DNA of 64,000 bases from Alistipes sp. (GTDB lineage Bacteria > Bacteroidota > Bacteroidia > Bacteroidales > Rikenellaceae), in the NCBI GenBank assembly GCA_017504265.1, contig JAFVRN010000001.1:33203-97202 (forward strand), in the 5' to 3' direction. Below the pieces are notes generated by a model that searched no databases, had not been told where the DNA came from, and saw only the letters and a list, made by a program, of their open reading frames with translations. Shown here piece after piece: positions 61,453 to 64,000 of this stretch. Made by a program: the position numbers and the translations under genes. Within the stretch, counting starts at the first letter, position 1, and every line of letters starts with the position of its first letter.

Positions 61453-63534
61453 TTACTTGATGGTAAGCTCATCAATAAGCCACTTAGCACCTGCATACTT
61501 CTCGATAACGAAGAGTACGTAGCGAATATCTACGGCGATGGTACGCTGCAAGTCGGGCTCGAAGGCTACATCACCAGACATCGCCTCCCAGTTGCCATCA
61601 AATGCCAAACCGATAAGCTGACCCTTGTCGTTTAGCACAGGCGAGCCTGAATTACCACCAGTGATATCGCAATTAACGAGGAAGGCTACGGGCAGCTCTC
61701 CATTCTTGTCTGCATAGCGGCCATAATCCTTGGCTGCATACAACTCTTTAAGACGCTCGGGAACGGTAAACTCCACAGGATTAGACTTATCCTCCTTGGC
61801 GATAACACCGTCAAGCGTAGTATAGTGGTTGTAGATGATACCATCGGCAGGGCTGTATGGCAATACGTTACCATATGTCAGACGTATTGTAAAGTTGGCA
61901 TCCGATGCCCACGCCTTGTCAGGATATTGCATCATAAGACCCTTGATATAGAGGCGGTGACCCTCAGCAAACTTAGCATTAGCTGCAACAACCTTAGGGT
62001 AGAGGGTGCGGTAAAGTTCAATTATAGATGTTGCCAGCTCGTTTACGGGATCTTCCTGGAAAGCCTTCTCGCGTGCCTTGTCATCGAGAGCTTTAACAGC
62101 CATAAAACGCTCATATGTTGCCAGCTGCGAGTTGTCGTAGAGCCAATCTACATAGGCATCGCTGTTGCCGTCAAACTCGGCATCTATCTTCTGATAGATA
62201 GATGGAAGCATCGTGTTATTCTCACGATATATCTGGAACATACGCTTAGCAACAGCACGGTCGGTATCGGCATCGTAGTCCTTATAGAAACGCTCGATGT
62301 CACGAACACCAAGCATAGGCTGCATAATCTCTACCGACTGCAAGAATGCCTCGGCAATGTACTGCATCGCAGCATTCTCGACCTTGGCCTCGCTCTGCGA
62401 CTCAGCTACAAGTTGCAAAGCACCGATAAATCCCTCTTCGGGAAGAGTATTAGCCTCGGCCCACTTCTGGAAGGACTCCTCTTGTGCCTGCTTCTTAGCC
62501 TTGACATTTAGCTTCTCGACACCGCGCGACATACCGATAGAGTTCTTCCAGTAGTTTGCCGAGCTGGCATACTTCGAATCATACTTGATACGAATAGCCT
62601 GATCGGCATCCATACGCGCACGCAGAATCTTCTGACGCTCACCACGTATGTAGATGCGCTGCGGGTTCTCTACCTCCAACATATAGTCAATCTCGTACGA
62701 GGTCTTATAACGCTCGGTAGAGCCGGGGAAGCCCATAATCATACCGAAGTCGCCCTCCTCGATACCATCCAACGATATATCGAGCCACTTCTCGGCCTTA
62801 TAGGGGACATTCTCCTCAGAGTACTCTGCGGGGCGGTTATCCTTACCTGCGTAGACACGGAAGATAGAGAAGTCACCTGTATGACGTGGCCACATCCAGT
62901 TGTCGGTATCGCCACCAAACTTACCGATAGATGATGGAGGTGTACCTACCAAACGCACGTCGGGATATACCTCATATACAAACGCAAAGAACTGGTTGTC
63001 GCCAAAGAACGAGGGGATAACGATAGTCATACCCGGATACTCGGCTTCGAGTTTTGCGATCATCTCTTTCTTGTTCTTATCGGCAGTAGTTGCATACTCC
63101 TGCTGCGATGCAGTGGATGGGATGTTACCCACTATATCTGCCGTAACATCGAAGATGTGGCGCACGAAACGCACGCTCAGACCCTCTGCGGGAAGCTCTC
63201 CTGCACGGTTCTCGGCCCAGAAGCCATCTGCGAGGTAGTCATTCTCGACCGACGATAGCTGCTGAATAGCACCATAACCACAGTGGTGGTTGGTAAATAG
63301 CAGACCGTCGGGTGATACTATCTCGCCGGTACATCCACCACCAAAGATTACGATAGCATCTTTGAGCGACGACTTCTCTGCCGAATAGATATCATCGGCC
63401 GATAGTTTGCAACCATGCTTCTTCATATCCTTGCTGTTCATCTTCTTGATGTAGGGCAACAGCCACATACCCTCGTCGGCAACAGCGGTAAGGCTAATGC
63501 TAACCAAGGCCAACAGTGTCAATAGTTTTTTCAT
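61453..63534 (-). CDS. S46 family dipeptidyl peptidase, DPP7-like
   Basis: DEGMW, TNHHC, DNWMWPRHTGDF, GGNSGSPV, FDGNWEAMSGD. Confidence 0.93.
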   Translation of the reverse strand: MKKLLTLLALVSISLTAVADEGMWLLPYIKKMNSKDMKKHGCKLSADDIYSAEKSSLKDAIVIFGGGCTGEIVSPDGLLFTNHHCGYGAIQQLSSVENDYLADGFWAENRAGELPAEGLSVRFVRHIFDVTADIVGNIPSTASQQEYATTADKNKKEMIAKLEAEYPGMTIVIPSFFGDNQFFAFVYEVYPDVRLVGTPPSSIGKFGGDTDNWMWPRHTGDFSIFRVYAGKDNRPAEYSEENVPYKAEKWLDISLDGIEEGDFGMIMGFPGSTERYKTSYEIDYMLEVENPQRIYIRGERQKILRARMDADQAIRIKYDSKYASSANYWKNSIGMSRGVEKLNVKAKKQAQEESFQKWAEANTLPEEGFIGALQLVAESQSEAKVENAAMQYIAEAFLQSVEIMQPMLGVRDIERFYKDYDADTDRAVAKRMFQIYRENNTMLPSIYQKIDAEFDGNSDAYVDWLYDNSQLATYERFMAVKALDDKAREKAFQEDPVNELATSIIELYRTLYPKVVAANAKFAEGHRLYIKGLMMQYPDKAWASDANFTIRLTYGNVLPYSPADGIIYNHYTTLDGVIAKEDKSNPVEFTVPERLKELYAAKDYGRYADKNGELPVAFLVNCDITGGNSGSPVLNDKGQLIGLAFDGNWEAMSGDVAFEPDLQRTIAVDIRYVLFVIEKYAGAKWLIDELTIK

Positions 63535-63768
63535 CTTACGTTAAATATTTAAGTTAGTTACTTTCTGCAAGCAAAGATACGATATTTTGGTCGGATTTAT
63601 TGTGTATATCACTATTTTTTCTGCCAAAGTGGTGCCATTATGGCATTTTATTCCCCTTGCAAAGGACATAATGTCTTTATAGGCTGACATAATTTCTTCT
63701 TTTCACAATTGGCAAAACTTTTGTCGGTCACTTATACAAAAGCCGAAAAATCAAAAATACAATATAAT

Positions 63769-64000
63769 ATGAACATCAACACACTAACAATCAAAGCACA
63801 AGAGTTATTGCAGGAGGCAATGGCTCTGGCTCGTGACCGCAGACAACAGTCACTCGAACCGCTACACATCCTATCGGTAGCCATCAAGGACGACGACTCG
63901 CTGGCAAGTTATCTTCTCGGCCGTGTCGGGGTTAATATTGGCACACTACGCAGCGAGGTAAACGAGGGTATAGCGCGCCTGCCACGCGTCGATGCAGCAG
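63769..64000 (+). CDS. clpB: ClpB chaperone N-terminus, truncated by window edge
   Basis: Manual translation MNINTLTIKAQELLQEA...QQSLEPLHIL...IARLPRV. Confidence 0.85.
   Translation, partial: MNINTLTIKAQELLQEAMALARDRRQQSLEPLHILSVAIKDDDSLASYLLGRVGVNIGTLRSEVNEGIARLPRVDAA

Overview
Chromosomal segment from a Bacteroidales anaerobe, most likely Alistipes/Rikenellaceae-like (TAnnTTTG -7 promoters, A-rich translation starts without Shine-Dalgarno sequences, gene content). Most of it is housekeeping or metabolic: mutAB, GH20, greA, pckA, a two-component pair, gadB, two tRNA-Pro, cydAB, glutathione peroxidase, era, sigA, guaBA, mlaEF, gap, infB/nusA/rimP, panB, PPi-type pfk, queA, a DPP7-like peptidase and the start of clpB. 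Four accessory layers stand out. (1) A cobalamin-riboswitch-controlled B12 uptake operon whose first large gene fuses a type V pilin-like scaffold to a DUF4465/BtuJ-like domain. (2) Three small ORFs (43-57 aa, two absent from the ORF track) share the motif YVxPx[ILM]EV[IV]xxxVExGFxxS, and each lies directly upstream of a pilin-like lipoprotein. (3) A six-copy intergenic mosaic repeat family is built from 9-bp tandem arrays, short palindromes and 120-124 bp hairpins; the hairpins diverge in sequence but keep their fold, and usually start at a TAA stop codon. (4) A frameshifted four-helix-bundle gene is bracketed by its own 9-bp fold-back arrays, next to an outer-membrane protein remnant. I found no transposase, integrase, reverse transcriptase or CRISPR array. 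Family assignments come from motif recognition, not database searches.
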